A DNA stretch of 64,000 nucleotides from Oscillospiraceae bacterium (GCA_017621795.1 JAGASJ010000004.1:14988-78987), one strand, 5' to 3'. Shown: positions 1 to 10,124, counted from the stretch's first letter. Numbers and translations are program-made. The notes: a model not told the origin generated them from the letters alone.

Positions 1-400
1 TATTCATAATTTTTTCGCCGATGGTGCTGCTTTCTCCGTCAGGCGTGGTTGCCAGCAGATCATTCAGGCTTTCCAGATAATCCCCCTCAAAGATCGTGCC
101 GAAATTGCAGTCTTCTGTAATGATAATGTCATTTTTTGTGCCGGACTTAATATCCGCGATCACCACGCCGGACAAATTCAGGTTGCCCTTGGCGTTCACA
201 TAATACTTGTCGTTTTTAGCGTTCCACTGCTCTGCCAGATCCTTGATCCAGTCATCGCCAAATTCACCGGTGTAATAAGAGATCAGGATCTCTTCTTTGC
301 CTGCGTGGTCAGTATTCTTCCCGCCACAGCCGGTTAAAGGCAGACACAGCAGCATGGCTGCCATCACCAGGGATATTGCTCTAAATGCATTCTTTTTCAT
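1..400 (-). CDS. Sugar ABC transporter extracellular solute-binding lipoprotein (5' part; runs off window start)
   Basis: Manual translation from ATG at 400 (RBS GGAGG at 406-410): MKKNAFRAISLVMAAMLLCLPLTGCGGK... with lipobox LTGC, then YYTGEFGDDWIKDLAEQW, similar to the GYGDEWL motif of the SBP at 31565-33100. Confidence 0.8.
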   Translation of the reverse strand, partial: MKKNAFRAISLVMAAMLLCLPLTGCGGKNTDHAGKEEILISYYTGEFGDDWIKDLAEQWNAKNDKYYVNAKGNLNLSGVVIADIKSGTKNDIIITEDCNFGTIFEGDYLESLNDLLATTPDGESSTIGEKIMN

Positions 401-415
401 AATAGCCTCCTTAAA

Positions 416-689
416 GCAGCGGGGAATCAAACTCCGATAGCCCCACAGCAGTCCTTTTTTTGTATTTTTCCTTATCTTCCTTGCCTTGCGTCAGCAAGGC
501 TGCGTCATCTGCGCAAAAATCCAAAGCAAAAATCCTTGCTGTGGGGTGCGCAGCAGTTTTCGCAGAGCTGCTTTTCGTCAAGCCAAGTAAAATCACGCAG
601 AGAATACCATTGATATTTTCAAGGGATTTTCCGCAGGATTGACGTAAAGCTGCCTGCGAAAACCTATCGTGGGTTTGACGCCCCACTGC
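416..689. mobile_element. 274-bp MITE-like insertion with imperfect TIRs and TTAAA target-site duplication
   Basis: Left end GCAGCGGGGAATCAAACTC-CGATAG; reverse complement of right end GCAGTGGGGCGTCAAACCCACGATAG; flanked by TTAAA at 411-415 and 690-694. Confidence 0.75.
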
Positions 690-3119
690 TTAAATCAAGA
701 ACATATCTATTTCTTCCAGCCGGTCTTCCAAAAGACGAACGGTCTTTACTTCATACTTTCCAAAATGCAGCTGCTTCACCGCATCACCGCAACGCAAAAC
801 CGTCTGTGCCTTACAAGAGGTGTTATTCTGCAGGCGGAGCAGATATCCGTCTGTCTCCGTTGCCCGGAACATGGTCACCAGGGCAATGTCCGGATTTGTA
901 TGGGTAATCTCATAGGCACATCCGGATTTCTTGTCCACCGTGGGGAAGATGTTCATCGCGAAGGGCTTTTCCGCAAACAGGTCTGCATTCTTTTGCAGCT
1001 CATTTTCTTTTGCAGGCTGCAAACGCAGGCGGTAGCTTCTCTGACCCTGGTCACACTTGGGTAGGAATATATTGTCCCGGGTCAGGGGTCTGTCCGACAC
1101 AGGATGGGCAACATAAGTCACATTGCGCAGAAGGGTCAGCCGGGCTGTACCGTCGCAGTAGGAGGAACCGTAGCTATCCGGTGTGAGTATCTGCAGATGA
1201 TCCTCTCCGTTTTTCATAGCCACAAAATCGTGGGCAACACATTCTCTGCCATCTGTATAAAGCGCCTCTGTGCCAAACACCTGCTGTCCGATGTAGCTTT
1301 CGGCCTGCACCGGAATATGCAGCTTGATGCACTTGTTGGTTTCTGCCGGGAACAGGTCCACATCCACATCCACCAGGGGACCTTCCTTATATATCTTATA
1401 GCCGATGCGTGCTCTGGTCAGTCCGCTGGAAAAGAATGCCTCTGCCGCAAGGTAGATCGGCCCGTCTTCTGTGATCTCCAGGGAATGAAGCCCCTGAAAT
1501 ACACCGTCGCCGTCGGCGAGCATCGTAAAAGGTACGGGGTTTTTGCCGATACCGTTCCGCAGCTCCTCCTCGGACATTGCCCAGGGATCTGCCGTATCAT
1601 CGTAGGAGAACAGTTGGAACAGCCCTCCCCCGGCGTACTCCCTGCCCTTTACCACGTAGCTTTCTATAAGCCCGGTTTCTTTGGAAATGCGCAGCTTTTT
1701 AACTCCGTTTTCAAAAGTGATATCCGCACCGTAGGGGTATGTAGGCTTCGGCTCTACCACAGTTCGGGCAGTGAAGCGGGTAATATCCAAAGGCTTCAGC
1801 TTTGCCTTGAAAATTACCTTCTTACGCCAGTCAATGCTGATATTGCTGGCTTCTTTGATGGTTTGGCATGGTACAAGCTGACCGTCTTCATCAAAAATTT
1901 GCAAATTGGAGTACTCACTGTCAAAATAATCCGTAGGAATAATGGACAGCTCACATTCCACAAGCTGCTCATCATCATAGGGCTTGGGATTAAAGACGAA
2001 AATGGGATAGGTGTCTTCTTCTGCTACAGGCTGACCCTTCACCATACCGAAAAACGCCTCCAGCTTCAGCTTTTCCAGCGTTTTGAGTCCGTGATAAATG
2101 TGGCGCAGGGAATTGTCCTCCCCTGCCTTGATGACTGTACCGGCCAGCACATCGTGAAACATCACCGTGAGCACATCCTCCGTAACCTCCCGCATAGGAT
2201 CTGTGGGATACGGACAAATGCCCCGCAGTGCCGCGGCAGAACGCATTTTTTCCGTCAAGAACTGCTCTCTTTCCAGTTCCCGATAAATCTGCTTGAGCGC
2301 CGCCATAGAGGTATAGCAGCCGGGCATACAGGAGATCAGGGAACGGTCCCAAACCGCACAAGGCTCATTTTGCGCAAAGAAGCTGTCGGGCGTTGAATGG
2401 ATGATCTCTACATCGGCGTGCTTCATCAGATCCTCAATGTCCGTCAGATCCTTATGGGAAGGGCCGCCGCCGTGGTTGCCTACGCCCCACAAAGATACGG
2501 TCTCGTCATAGTCCTTCAGACGTTTTATATCCGTAGAGATCTTCTCTGCCGCCTTCCCCAAAGGGGAATTGTATTCCGTGCCCCGAAATGCCTTGATTTG
2601 GCTTCCGTCGTAGCCTGTCCAGTAAAAATACTCACTGGGCAGCTCCAGCTGGGGACGGATATACTTGCTGTAGGGCCGCATAAAAATGTAGTTTTCCTGC
2701 CCGCACTTTTTTACGATCTGCACCAAGCCGCGGCTATGACCAAAGGCGTCAAAGCACACTGCGGTCTTGGGCAGGTTTTCTTCGCCGAATCTGCTGCGGA
2801 AGAAATCCATACCTACCCGAATCTGCCGAATATAACTCTCGCCGTGTCCCAGCAGGCAGTCCGGCTGCAGATACCAGCCACCGGAAATATGCCATTTTTG
2901 CTCCTTTACAAGCTGCTGGATTCTACGAAACAGCTCCGGTGCGTACTTTTCCGTATATTCATAAATGCTACTTTCACCGTGACAGAATATGTAATCGTGC
3001 TTTTCCATCAGATTGGCAGCACTTTGAAAAGTGGACAAGGTGGCGGACATCCCCTCTGCCCATTCCCACTGCCAGATGGTGTCGATATGAGAATTACAAA
3101 TTAGGTGTAATTTTTTCAC
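690..3119 (-). CDS. Glycoside hydrolase family 38 alpha-mannosidase
   Basis: SHIDTIWQW zinc motif, GGWYLQPD, DAFGHS nucleophile region, GNHGGG, FHDVLAG; start re-assigned to GTG 3119 behind AAGGGAG. Confidence 0.9.
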   Translation of the reverse strand: MKKLHLICNSHIDTIWQWEWAEGMSATLSTFQSAANLMEKHDYIFCHGESSIYEYTEKYAPELFRRIQQLVKEQKWHISGGWYLQPDCLLGHGESYIRQIRVGMDFFRSRFGEENLPKTAVCFDAFGHSRGLVQIVKKCGQENYIFMRPYSKYIRPQLELPSEYFYWTGYDGSQIKAFRGTEYNSPLGKAAEKISTDIKRLKDYDETVSLWGVGNHGGGPSHKDLTDIEDLMKHADVEIIHSTPDSFFAQNEPCAVWDRSLISCMPGCYTSMAALKQIYRELEREQFLTEKMRSAAALRGICPYPTDPMREVTEDVLTVMFHDVLAGTVIKAGEDNSLRHIYHGLKTLEKLKLEAFFGMVKGQPVAEEDTYPIFVFNPKPYDDEQLVECELSIIPTDYFDSEYSNLQIFDEDGQLVPCQTIKEASNISIDWRKKVIFKAKLKPLDITRFTARTVVEPKPTYPYGADITFENGVKKLRISKETGLIESYVVKGREYAGGGLFQLFSYDDTADPWAMSEEELRNGIGKNPVPFTMLADGDGVFQGLHSLEITEDGPIYLAAEAFFSSGLTRARIGYKIYKEGPLVDVDVDLFPAETNKCIKLHIPVQAESYIGQQVFGTEALYTDGRECVAHDFVAMKNGEDHLQILTPDSYGSSYCDGTARLTLLRNVTYVAHPVSDRPLTRDNIFLPKCDQGQRSYRLRLQPAKENELQKNADLFAEKPFAMNIFPTVDKKSGCAYEITHTNPDIALVTMFRATETDGYLLRLQNNTSCKAQTVLRCGDAVKQLHFGKYEVKTVRLLEDRLEEIDMFLI

Positions 3120-4542
3120 TTTTTTCTCCCTTATGATCAATAAATAGGGCACAGCCCGGTTTCAAGGTGGTTTCAATCGTACTGTCTATAAAATATGCGC
3201 GGTCCATTTCCTGTACTTCATATCCTGTGCCCGGAAGGGTCAGCTTTACAGTATTGTCGTACACACTGGAAAGATTCACCACATAATACCGCTTTTTCCC
3301 GTTGTTTACAAAAGTGGCGACCATAATCTGATTGCTGCACTGCGCCTTCAATCCCGACTCGGTATAACGCAGCATATCCGGAAGCTGCCCGTGATAGATG
3401 CACTCTGAATCGGGCAGTGTTTTCACAGTTTCCCAGTTAAAGCCATTGTCATAGACGCCGTAGGACGCAACACCCAAAAGTGTGCTTTCCAACAGGTCGC
3501 AGGCAAAGGGTTTCATAAAGTCATTGAGTGCTTTTACCCAGGGGACAAACTGCGTGGGATTGCCGCTCATATCAATAAACGCCGCACCGCCGTTTCTCCC
3601 CTCTGCCATCGCTTCCTCATTGCGCCAGTCCAAGGGAAATACACCGGGGAACCATGCAAAGCCGGCGGCACCGTATGCAACAGTTACGTTGATCTGCAAT
3701 GCCATTTCCCCAAAGGTCATCCTTCTGCCGGCTTTGAACCACTGGCCGACCTGCATAAAGTTGTAGAAACGGCTTCTGTATTTCATACTTTTCAATTTGA
3801 AATACGCATTGAGCTCAAACAGTGCCGTGTGCACCGAGGTGGGCACTGTGGGCCAAAATTCCTCAAAGGGATATTTATCCTGGGATATCACTTCAAAGGG
3901 TGCTTTGCTGAGCAGGCCCTCCACCAAGCGATCGTAATAGCGGAATCGGTTTTCAAACTTGATCTCCAAATCGCCGCTCAACGAGAAAGGCAATTGCATT
4001 GCATCCAATGCATCGGGACGCCCGTGGAACGCCATACCGCCCCAAAAGATCTCATCACTGATGGAGTAAGAGAAGAAGTTGGCGTGAAACTCATAGCCTG
4101 GGAATTTCTTGTCAAAAACACGCTTTGCGTGGGCGACGCCGTCAAATGCCAGATAGCCGCATTCATCGGTGAAAGTGATCCCTGCAAACGCCGGATAGGA
4201 TGTATATCGCCGGATCTGCTGAACAAAGCGATCATCCAGCGCATCCTTCTCCTCTTCCGTCAGCGCATCCCAGGGCTTTTCCCCATTATCGCCCGGGAGT
4301 ATGCGCAGGTATTCCCTGGAGGCGGGTACGCAGGGCAGGTATCCAATCTGATACTTTTCGCATTGCCGGAAGGTGCGCTCTACCGTCTCCGGCCGATCAT
4401 CCATTCCGTAAGCAAAAATACGGTTTACCCCGATTTCCTTCAAGGTCTGAAACACAGAATCTGAAAGGCGGTCCGGGACTCCTTCCCATGCACCTGTGGG
4501 CGGGCAGAACACCGCGGAAATAAACGCATCAGAATACATCAT
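3094..4542 (-). CDS. Uncharacterised putative glycoside hydrolase (TIM-barrel type, no signal peptide)
   Basis: Motifs FAGITFTDE, ISQDKYPF, VAYGAAGFAWF match the catalytic-like domain of the 2058-aa protein; ATG 4542 behind GAGGAG. Confidence 0.6.
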   Translation of the reverse strand: MMYSDAFISAVFCPPTGAWEGVPDRLSDSVFQTLKEIGVNRIFAYGMDDRPETVERTFRQCEKYQIGYLPCVPASREYLRILPGDNGEKPWDALTEEEKDALDDRFVQQIRRYTSYPAFAGITFTDECGYLAFDGVAHAKRVFDKKFPGYEFHANFFSYSISDEIFWGGMAFHGRPDALDAMQLPFSLSGDLEIKFENRFRYYDRLVEGLLSKAPFEVISQDKYPFEEFWPTVPTSVHTALFELNAYFKLKSMKYRSRFYNFMQVGQWFKAGRRMTFGEMALQINVTVAYGAAGFAWFPGVFPLDWRNEEAMAEGRNGGAAFIDMSGNPTQFVPWVKALNDFMKPFACDLLESTLLGVASYGVYDNGFNWETVKTLPDSECIYHGQLPDMLRYTESGLKAQCSNQIMVATFVNNGKKRYYVVNLSSVYDNTVKLTLPGTGYEVQEMDRAYFIDSTIETTLKPGCALFIDHKGEKSEKITPNL

Positions 4543-4903
4543 AAATGAGCTCCTCACTGTTAAAACAGCAAACCTGAATTTTATCGCAAACTGCACATTG
4601 TGAATATCGCACAAGGTACACTACTTCATGCTATTATAAATTATAGCATTTGACTGTTTTCAGAGCAATGATATTTCTATTATATTTTTTGATTTTTTTA
4701 TTTTATCGCAAAACGTGTCAGATTTACTTATCGTCTGCAAAACACCGTAAAAAGTTTCAATATACCTGGTATATTTGTATTATTTACTGATTTTTCCACT
4801 TGCTATAATTTGTTATGAAATTCCTTTAAGTATATATGCTCTTGATTTTTTTTACATTTCTGCTATATTTATGCTATAAAGGACATTCCCGGAGGTGTTG
4901 AAT

Positions 4904-5821
4904 ATGAATGATATACAAAAAAAGAAGCCCGGTGAAACATCCAAATTCATCCGCGACTCCCGCGAGCTTTTCTATAACATCCCCAACGGCATTTCCGGAA
5001 GCGCGCCCGAGAACGTGATGAATTCCAAGCATGAGCTGACCTTTCACATTTGGACTTCCCCGAGCTCCGACATGCACGCCCACGAAAACTACCTGGAGCT
5101 TTTCATTGTCACCAGCGGCAAGCTTCTGCACCAATTCGGTAATCATTCCACGGTTATGCAGACCGGAGATGCGTTTTTGATATTTCCCGGTCAGTATCAT
5201 CAGCACCGGCAGTACAAAAACTACACCTCCCAGCACATCAATCTGACCTGCTCCCTGCCTCACGCTGCCGCGATGTTCAAAAGCCTCTGCGGAACGGAGT
5301 CCCCGACAATTTCCAAGCAGAGCATTCATTTTAACGACAGTGAATTCAGTGTGGTCAAGGACATTCAGGCTCTGATCCTCCGTTCCCAATCCGACCATTA
5401 TATGAACGCAGCGGTGCAATCCCTGTATTCCTTTGCTCTGAGCTTTTTCTGCCTGCCCCAAACTGTTACAGAAAGTCCCAAGGTATTGCCCAAGTGGCTG
5501 CAGCAATTCACGCAAAAGCTGGAAAGCATTGATTTTTCCAGCCCCGTACACATGACCGACATTTATGCAATGTCCGGCTACTCTCAATCCGCGCTTTCAC
5601 AGCAGTTTAAAAAATATATGGGGCAGACCCTGATCAGCTATATCAATGACCTGAAATTAAATCACGCCTGCAATCAGCTGAAAAACACCTCCTTTTCCAT
5701 GGTGGATATCGCTAAATCCGCCGGTTTTGAATCCTATCCTCATTTTTCGCGCCTCTTTAAAAGCAAATTTGGTCTTTCTCCCTTGCAATACCGTGCGTCC
5801 AACACTTCCGATAAGTTCTGA
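4904..5821 (+). CDS. AraC family transcriptional regulator (cupin + HTH)
   Basis: HAHENYLEL cupin motif; C-terminal IAKSAGFESYPHFSRLFKSKFGLSPLQYR AraC signature; GGAGG RBS at 4891-4895. Confidence 0.92.
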   Translation: MNDIQKKKPGETSKFIRDSRELFYNIPNGISGSAPENVMNSKHELTFHIWTSPSSDMHAHENYLELFIVTSGKLLHQFGNHSTVMQTGDAFLIFPGQYHQHRQYKNYTSQHINLTCSLPHAAAMFKSLCGTESPTISKQSIHFNDSEFSVVKDIQALILRSQSDHYMNAAVQSLYSFALSFFCLPQTVTESPKVLPKWLQQFTQKLESIDFSSPVHMTDIYAMSGYSQSALSQQFKKYMGQTLISYINDLKLNHACNQLKNTSFSMVDIAKSAGFESYPHFSRLFKSKFGLSPLQYRASNTSDKF

Positions 5822-5884
5822 CACAGAAATGAAGCTGTACACTTTCAAATTATTTCATACATTCCCCGAAAAAGGAGCTGCTTT

Positions 5885-7465
5885 ATGCGTATAAAAGAAC
5901 GAACTGTTATGATCGACTGTTCCCGAAATGGCGTGATGAAGCCGGAAAAGGTAAAGGAATTTGCTAAAATTATAAAAAACATGGGCTATACCGGTTTGAT
6001 GCTCTACACCGAGGATACCTACGAGGTGGAAAACGAACCATATTTCGGCTATATGCGCGGCGGCTACACTATGGCAGAACTGAAGGATATGGATGCGTAT
6101 TGTGGCACGATCGGCATTGAATTGATCCCCTGTATTCAAGTGCTGGCCCATTTGGGGCACCTTCCCCGCTGGGCCGATTACGCCCCCCACATGGATATGG
6201 CTGATGTGCTTCTTGTAGGCGACGAACGGGTCTACACGCTGATCGACAACATGCTCTGCACCATCTCTAAGTGCTTTACCACACGCAGGATCCATATTGG
6301 TATGGACGAGGCATTTTGCCTGGGAATGGGGCGGTATCTACGGCAAAACGGCTACCGCAATCAGCTCGATATTTTCCTGGAACATCTGAGCCGGGTAAAA
6401 GCACTGACCGACAAATACGGTATGCAGATCATGATTTGGAGCGATATGTTCTTCCATCAGGTCAACGATGCCCAGCCCCTCCCACAGGAGATCCCGGACA
6501 AGGTGCCTGCAGGCGTAGAGCTGGTATACTGGGCCTACAACGAAAAGAGCAAAGCCTTCTATGACAGAAATTTCAAGGCCCATCAGCAGTTTGTACACAA
6601 CAAGACCGTGTTTGCCGGTGGAATATGCACCTGGACCGGCTATGCGCCAAACCTGCAGATCGCCCTGGATGCTACTCAATCGGCAGTAAAAAGTGCAATG
6701 GAGCACGATATTGAGCATATTATTTTGACCATGTGGGGAGACGATGGAAAAGACTGCTCCTATTTTGCCGCGCTTCCCGCGCTGTTTGCCGCAGCACAGA
6801 TGGCCTGCGGCAACTTTGACCGACAGGATATTGCAGAAAAATTTTCCGCTTTGTATGACTATGACTTTTGGGAATTTATGAATTTGGAGCTTCCCAATAT
6901 TACGGAAGACGAAGAAAGCCATGTTCATAACCCCAGTAAATATCTGCTGTTCAACGATCCGCTGTTGGGTCTATTTGATTACACCGTCCACGATCAGCTG
7001 AAAAAACGGTACACTGCCGCCGCCGCGGTTTTGGAAAAGAGCATCAACGGACGGGAATATGACTACTTGTTCGATTTTTATGCAAAGCTAACAAGACTTC
7101 TTGCCCACAAATGTGATTTAGGTGTTCGTCTGAAAAAAGCCTACACAGCTCAGGATAAAGACACTTTAAAAATGCTGGCAGATGAAGAATTTCCCCCGAT
7201 GCAGGTGCTTGTACGGCAGGTCTACGAAGCATATCGGACACTTTGGTACAAAGAAAACAAGTCCATCGGTTTTGAGCTGCAGGAGATGCGTTTCGGTGCT
7301 TTACTGCTCCGCAACGAAAACTGTCAGCGTATGATCTACGAATACTTAAACGGTACGCTTCCGGTCATTCAGGAGCTGGAGCTGCCCCGCTTGCCTGCTG
7401 ATCGGGGCGCAGAAGGAAAAGGCGTATTCTTCAATTCCTATATTCAAACCATATCTGCCAATTAG
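5885..7465 (+). CDS. GH20 beta-N-acetylhexosaminidase (GcnA-like)
   Basis: MIDCSRNGV, LYTEDTYE, IPCIQVLAH, HIGMDEA catalytic DE pair, TMWGDDG. Confidence 0.9.
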   Translation: MRIKERTVMIDCSRNGVMKPEKVKEFAKIIKNMGYTGLMLYTEDTYEVENEPYFGYMRGGYTMAELKDMDAYCGTIGIELIPCIQVLAHLGHLPRWADYAPHMDMADVLLVGDERVYTLIDNMLCTISKCFTTRRIHIGMDEAFCLGMGRYLRQNGYRNQLDIFLEHLSRVKALTDKYGMQIMIWSDMFFHQVNDAQPLPQEIPDKVPAGVELVYWAYNEKSKAFYDRNFKAHQQFVHNKTVFAGGICTWTGYAPNLQIALDATQSAVKSAMEHDIEHIILTMWGDDGKDCSYFAALPALFAAAQMACGNFDRQDIAEKFSALYDYDFWEFMNLELPNITEDEESHVHNPSKYLLFNDPLLGLFDYTVHDQLKKRYTAAAAVLEKSINGREYDYLFDFYAKLTRLLAHKCDLGVRLKKAYTAQDKDTLKMLADEEFPPMQVLVRQVYEAYRTLWYKENKSIGFELQEMRFGALLLRNENCQRMIYEYLNGTLPVIQELELPRLPADRGAEGKGVFFNSYIQTISAN

Positions 7466-7490
7466 CAGATGGCAAAAAGAGCAAAAAGCA

Positions 7491-7532
7491 AATCGCACTC
7501 TAACGTACCATCAGTACGTTAGAGTGCGATTT
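7491..7532. terminator. Hairpin (copy 1 of 42-bp direct repeat), probable terminator between convergent genes
   Basis: AATCGCACTCTAACGTAC-CATCA-GTACGTTAGAGTGCGATT, perfect 18-bp stem. Confidence 0.75.
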
Positions 7533-7786
7533 AGTCTGTCAAAAAAACTTGTTTTTTGACAGACTGCAGAGGTCAAAGAAGCGCCAAAGACAAGCAACGC
7601 GCCCCCGATGTGTATACAGATACTCGAGCGGGGCGCGTTGCGCAGTAAGTCAAAATATCTTGCGCAGCAAGCCATTTCAGAAAACTGTTTGCGGGACAGA
7701 AAACCGATCCCGATGCGGGACGGGAAACCCGTCCCCTACATATTTAGATTTATATTTTGACGATTTGGGGGTTCTTTGACACTCTG
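7533..7786. mobile_element. 254-bp non-coding MITE-like insertion between duplicated hairpins
   Basis: Ends AGTCTGTCAAAAAA / TTCTTTGACACTCT are imperfect inverted repeats; flanked by a 42-bp direct repeat; contains several internal palindromes. Confidence 0.6.
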
Positions 7787-7828
7787 AATCGCACTCTAAC
7801 GTACCATCAGTATGTTAGAGTGCGATTT
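7787..7828. repeat. Copy 2 of 42-bp hairpin direct repeat
   Basis: Identical to 7491-7532 except one C/T change. Confidence 0.9.
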
Positions 7829-7846
7829 TTCTTTCCTGTATATGCT

Positions 7847-10012
7847 TTATCCGATCTGATACCAGCGGATCTCATTGGCCGCCAGGTCCAGGGTAAAGCT
7901 ACTGTCGTCTCCTGTGTAGACGGTGGTGCTTTGGGGCTCGTATGTATTGTTGACCACGCAGTATTTCCCGTTTTTCACATAGGCGTGGACTTCCACATTG
8001 AAGTTGGTGCTGTACCACTTGTGCAGATTTTCTTCATCGTGGGTAGCCCAAATGATACTGCGGTACAAAATACGGCTGTTTTCAAAGCTGTAAGGAAGAC
8101 CGCTGATATACACCGTGCGGCCCTTGCCGAACCGGTTGACCGCCATCTGCACTTCCTTGTCCTTCTGCTTCAAAATGGTGGTGCCGTCCAGGGCAAAGAC
8201 GTTCTTTTTGCCCTCGCCGAAGTCCACCTCTTTGGTGCAATCGGCTAAGATGAAGTGGTCGTGCTCCTGCCAGTTATACTTATCTGTATTCAGGTTAAAG
8301 CCCCGTTCCAGCTCTACGCCCAGCACATTGGCCAGCTGGAAGTAGCGGCCCTCCCACTGATAGGCACTGGGCTCACCAACACCGATGAAGCCGCCGCCGT
8401 TATAGATAAACCGCTTGATGGCGGTGACGATCTGCTCGTCGCCCCAGTTGCAGCCGCCGCTGTGGGCCGTATCCGCATCACCTACATTGATGATCACATC
8501 CACGTCCTCCAAAACGGAAGCATCCTTGCGGATATCATCAAAGCTGATAAACCGCACATCAAAGGGTGCACCGGAAAGTGCCTCAACGATACCGGCATAA
8601 GAGTAGTTCTGCTTTTGATACAGGGCGTGGTGGACCATGTGGTTGCCCCAGGCACGCATCTTGCCCCAGCTGTTGAGCACCGCCACAGTCTTGACGCAGT
8701 GAGGCGTTGTGCCGTGCACATTGTTGTACAGCGTGCGGAACTCATCGCACACGCTTTGCACATAGTCAATAAAATCCGGGAAATCCAAGGCAAGCTTCAG
8801 ATAGCCGCCGTAGCCGATCCGATCCACAGGCTTACGTAAAATCGCCCGTCTTGCAGTCACCCAGTTGACCTTGGCTTCCTTCACCGGGTCGCCGCCCTCA
8901 TGGAAGGTATCCGGGAAGAAATACGGCAGGAATCGGCCCTCGGTATACTTTACGCCGTCAATATCGCTGATCAGCCGCAAGGTAGAGCCGTTGCCAACAC
9001 TGCCCACAACAGCATCCAGACCGATGGTCTTAAACTCGTCCATAAAGGGCTCTGTGCCGATCCAGTGATCCCCTAAGAACATCATGGCTTCCTTGCCCAT
9101 CTCATGGGTGATATCCACCATCTCTTTGGCAAGCTTTGCCACCTCCCGGCGCTGGAATGCCTGGAAGTCCTTAAACTCCTTGGAAGGCACACGGTACTGG
9201 TTATTCATATAGCCCTGGTCGATGATATACTCCGCACGGAAGGGGTAGCCCACTTCCTTTTCAAACTGCTCCAAAATATAGGGGCTGACTGATGCAGAAT
9301 AGCCGTACCAATCCACAAACTTCTCTCTTGCCAGTTCATCAAAGATCAGGGTGAACTGGTGGAAGAAGGTGGTAAATCGGATCACGTCCACATAGGGATG
9401 CTCCTGGATGAATTTGCGCAGCCGCTTCATGGTAAATTCCCGGGTCAGGGGCTGACGTACATCGAAGGTGATCTGCCGCTTGGAGGTATCCCAGCCGTTG
9501 GTCACGGCGTTATACATGTGTACCGGGTCCCACATAATGTAGCACAGGAAGCTGACCGTATAATCGTGGAAAGGCACAGCATTGCGGATCGTCACATCGC
9601 CGGTTGCCTCACTGTAATCCCAGTCCGATGTGTCAACGACCTGACCGGTAGTTCTGTCGATCACTTCCCACCATCTTTTAATGTCATCCCGGCTGTTGAC
9701 CTTCAGCATATCCGGATACAGGTGATCCATCAGGTGAATAGACAGCTCCGATTCCACAGCGTTATGGAAAGCCGTCATAATGTACATCTGCTGTACTTCC
9801 TCCGGATGGGCATTGGCCCAGTCGTTATCTTTTCTGGTAGTATAGTAGGTCGCGTAGACCTTGGCATCCACATTGCGCAGTTCTGCAGGATAATCGGTTC
9901 CGTCACAGTCCCGAATGGCATCTGCGCCCCACTTTTCCACAAGTTCAATCGTTTGCGGCACCACATCCACATCGGTGGGAATAGTCACGCGGCCTTTATT
10001 CTTATTTTCCAT
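7847..10012 (-). CDS. gnpA: 1,3-beta-galactosyl-N-acetylhexosamine phosphorylase (GNB/LNB phosphorylase, GH112)
   Basis: GRVTIPTD, WGADAIRDCDGT, RFTTFFHQFTL, MFLGDHWIGTEP, EGRFLPYFFPD, RIGYGGYL; 721 aa. Confidence 0.95.
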   Translation of the reverse strand: MENKNKGRVTIPTDVDVVPQTIELVEKWGADAIRDCDGTDYPAELRNVDAKVYATYYTTRKDNDWANAHPEEVQQMYIMTAFHNAVESELSIHLMDHLYPDMLKVNSRDDIKRWWEVIDRTTGQVVDTSDWDYSEATGDVTIRNAVPFHDYTVSFLCYIMWDPVHMYNAVTNGWDTSKRQITFDVRQPLTREFTMKRLRKFIQEHPYVDVIRFTTFFHQFTLIFDELAREKFVDWYGYSASVSPYILEQFEKEVGYPFRAEYIIDQGYMNNQYRVPSKEFKDFQAFQRREVAKLAKEMVDITHEMGKEAMMFLGDHWIGTEPFMDEFKTIGLDAVVGSVGNGSTLRLISDIDGVKYTEGRFLPYFFPDTFHEGGDPVKEAKVNWVTARRAILRKPVDRIGYGGYLKLALDFPDFIDYVQSVCDEFRTLYNNVHGTTPHCVKTVAVLNSWGKMRAWGNHMVHHALYQKQNYSYAGIVEALSGAPFDVRFISFDDIRKDASVLEDVDVIINVGDADTAHSGGCNWGDEQIVTAIKRFIYNGGGFIGVGEPSAYQWEGRYFQLANVLGVELERGFNLNTDKYNWQEHDHFILADCTKEVDFGEGKKNVFALDGTTILKQKDKEVQMAVNRFGKGRTVYISGLPYSFENSRILYRSIIWATHDEENLHKWYSTNFNVEVHAYVKNGKYCVVNNTYEPQSTTVYTGDDSSFTLDLAANEIRWYQIG

Positions 10013-10124
10013 CTTCTCATTTGATCCGGCTTTGTAAAAAATCGTCCGGCTCCTTTCATATAGGTATGATTATTATAACACCTCTTGGTTTTCCTGTAAA
10101 GAACGAAACGCAACAATTTAGCAC

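Noticed and set aside
7491-7828. Possible CRISPR array (palindromic direct repeats)
   Set aside because: Only two 42-bp copies, 254 bp apart, and no cas genes; better explained as a target duplication
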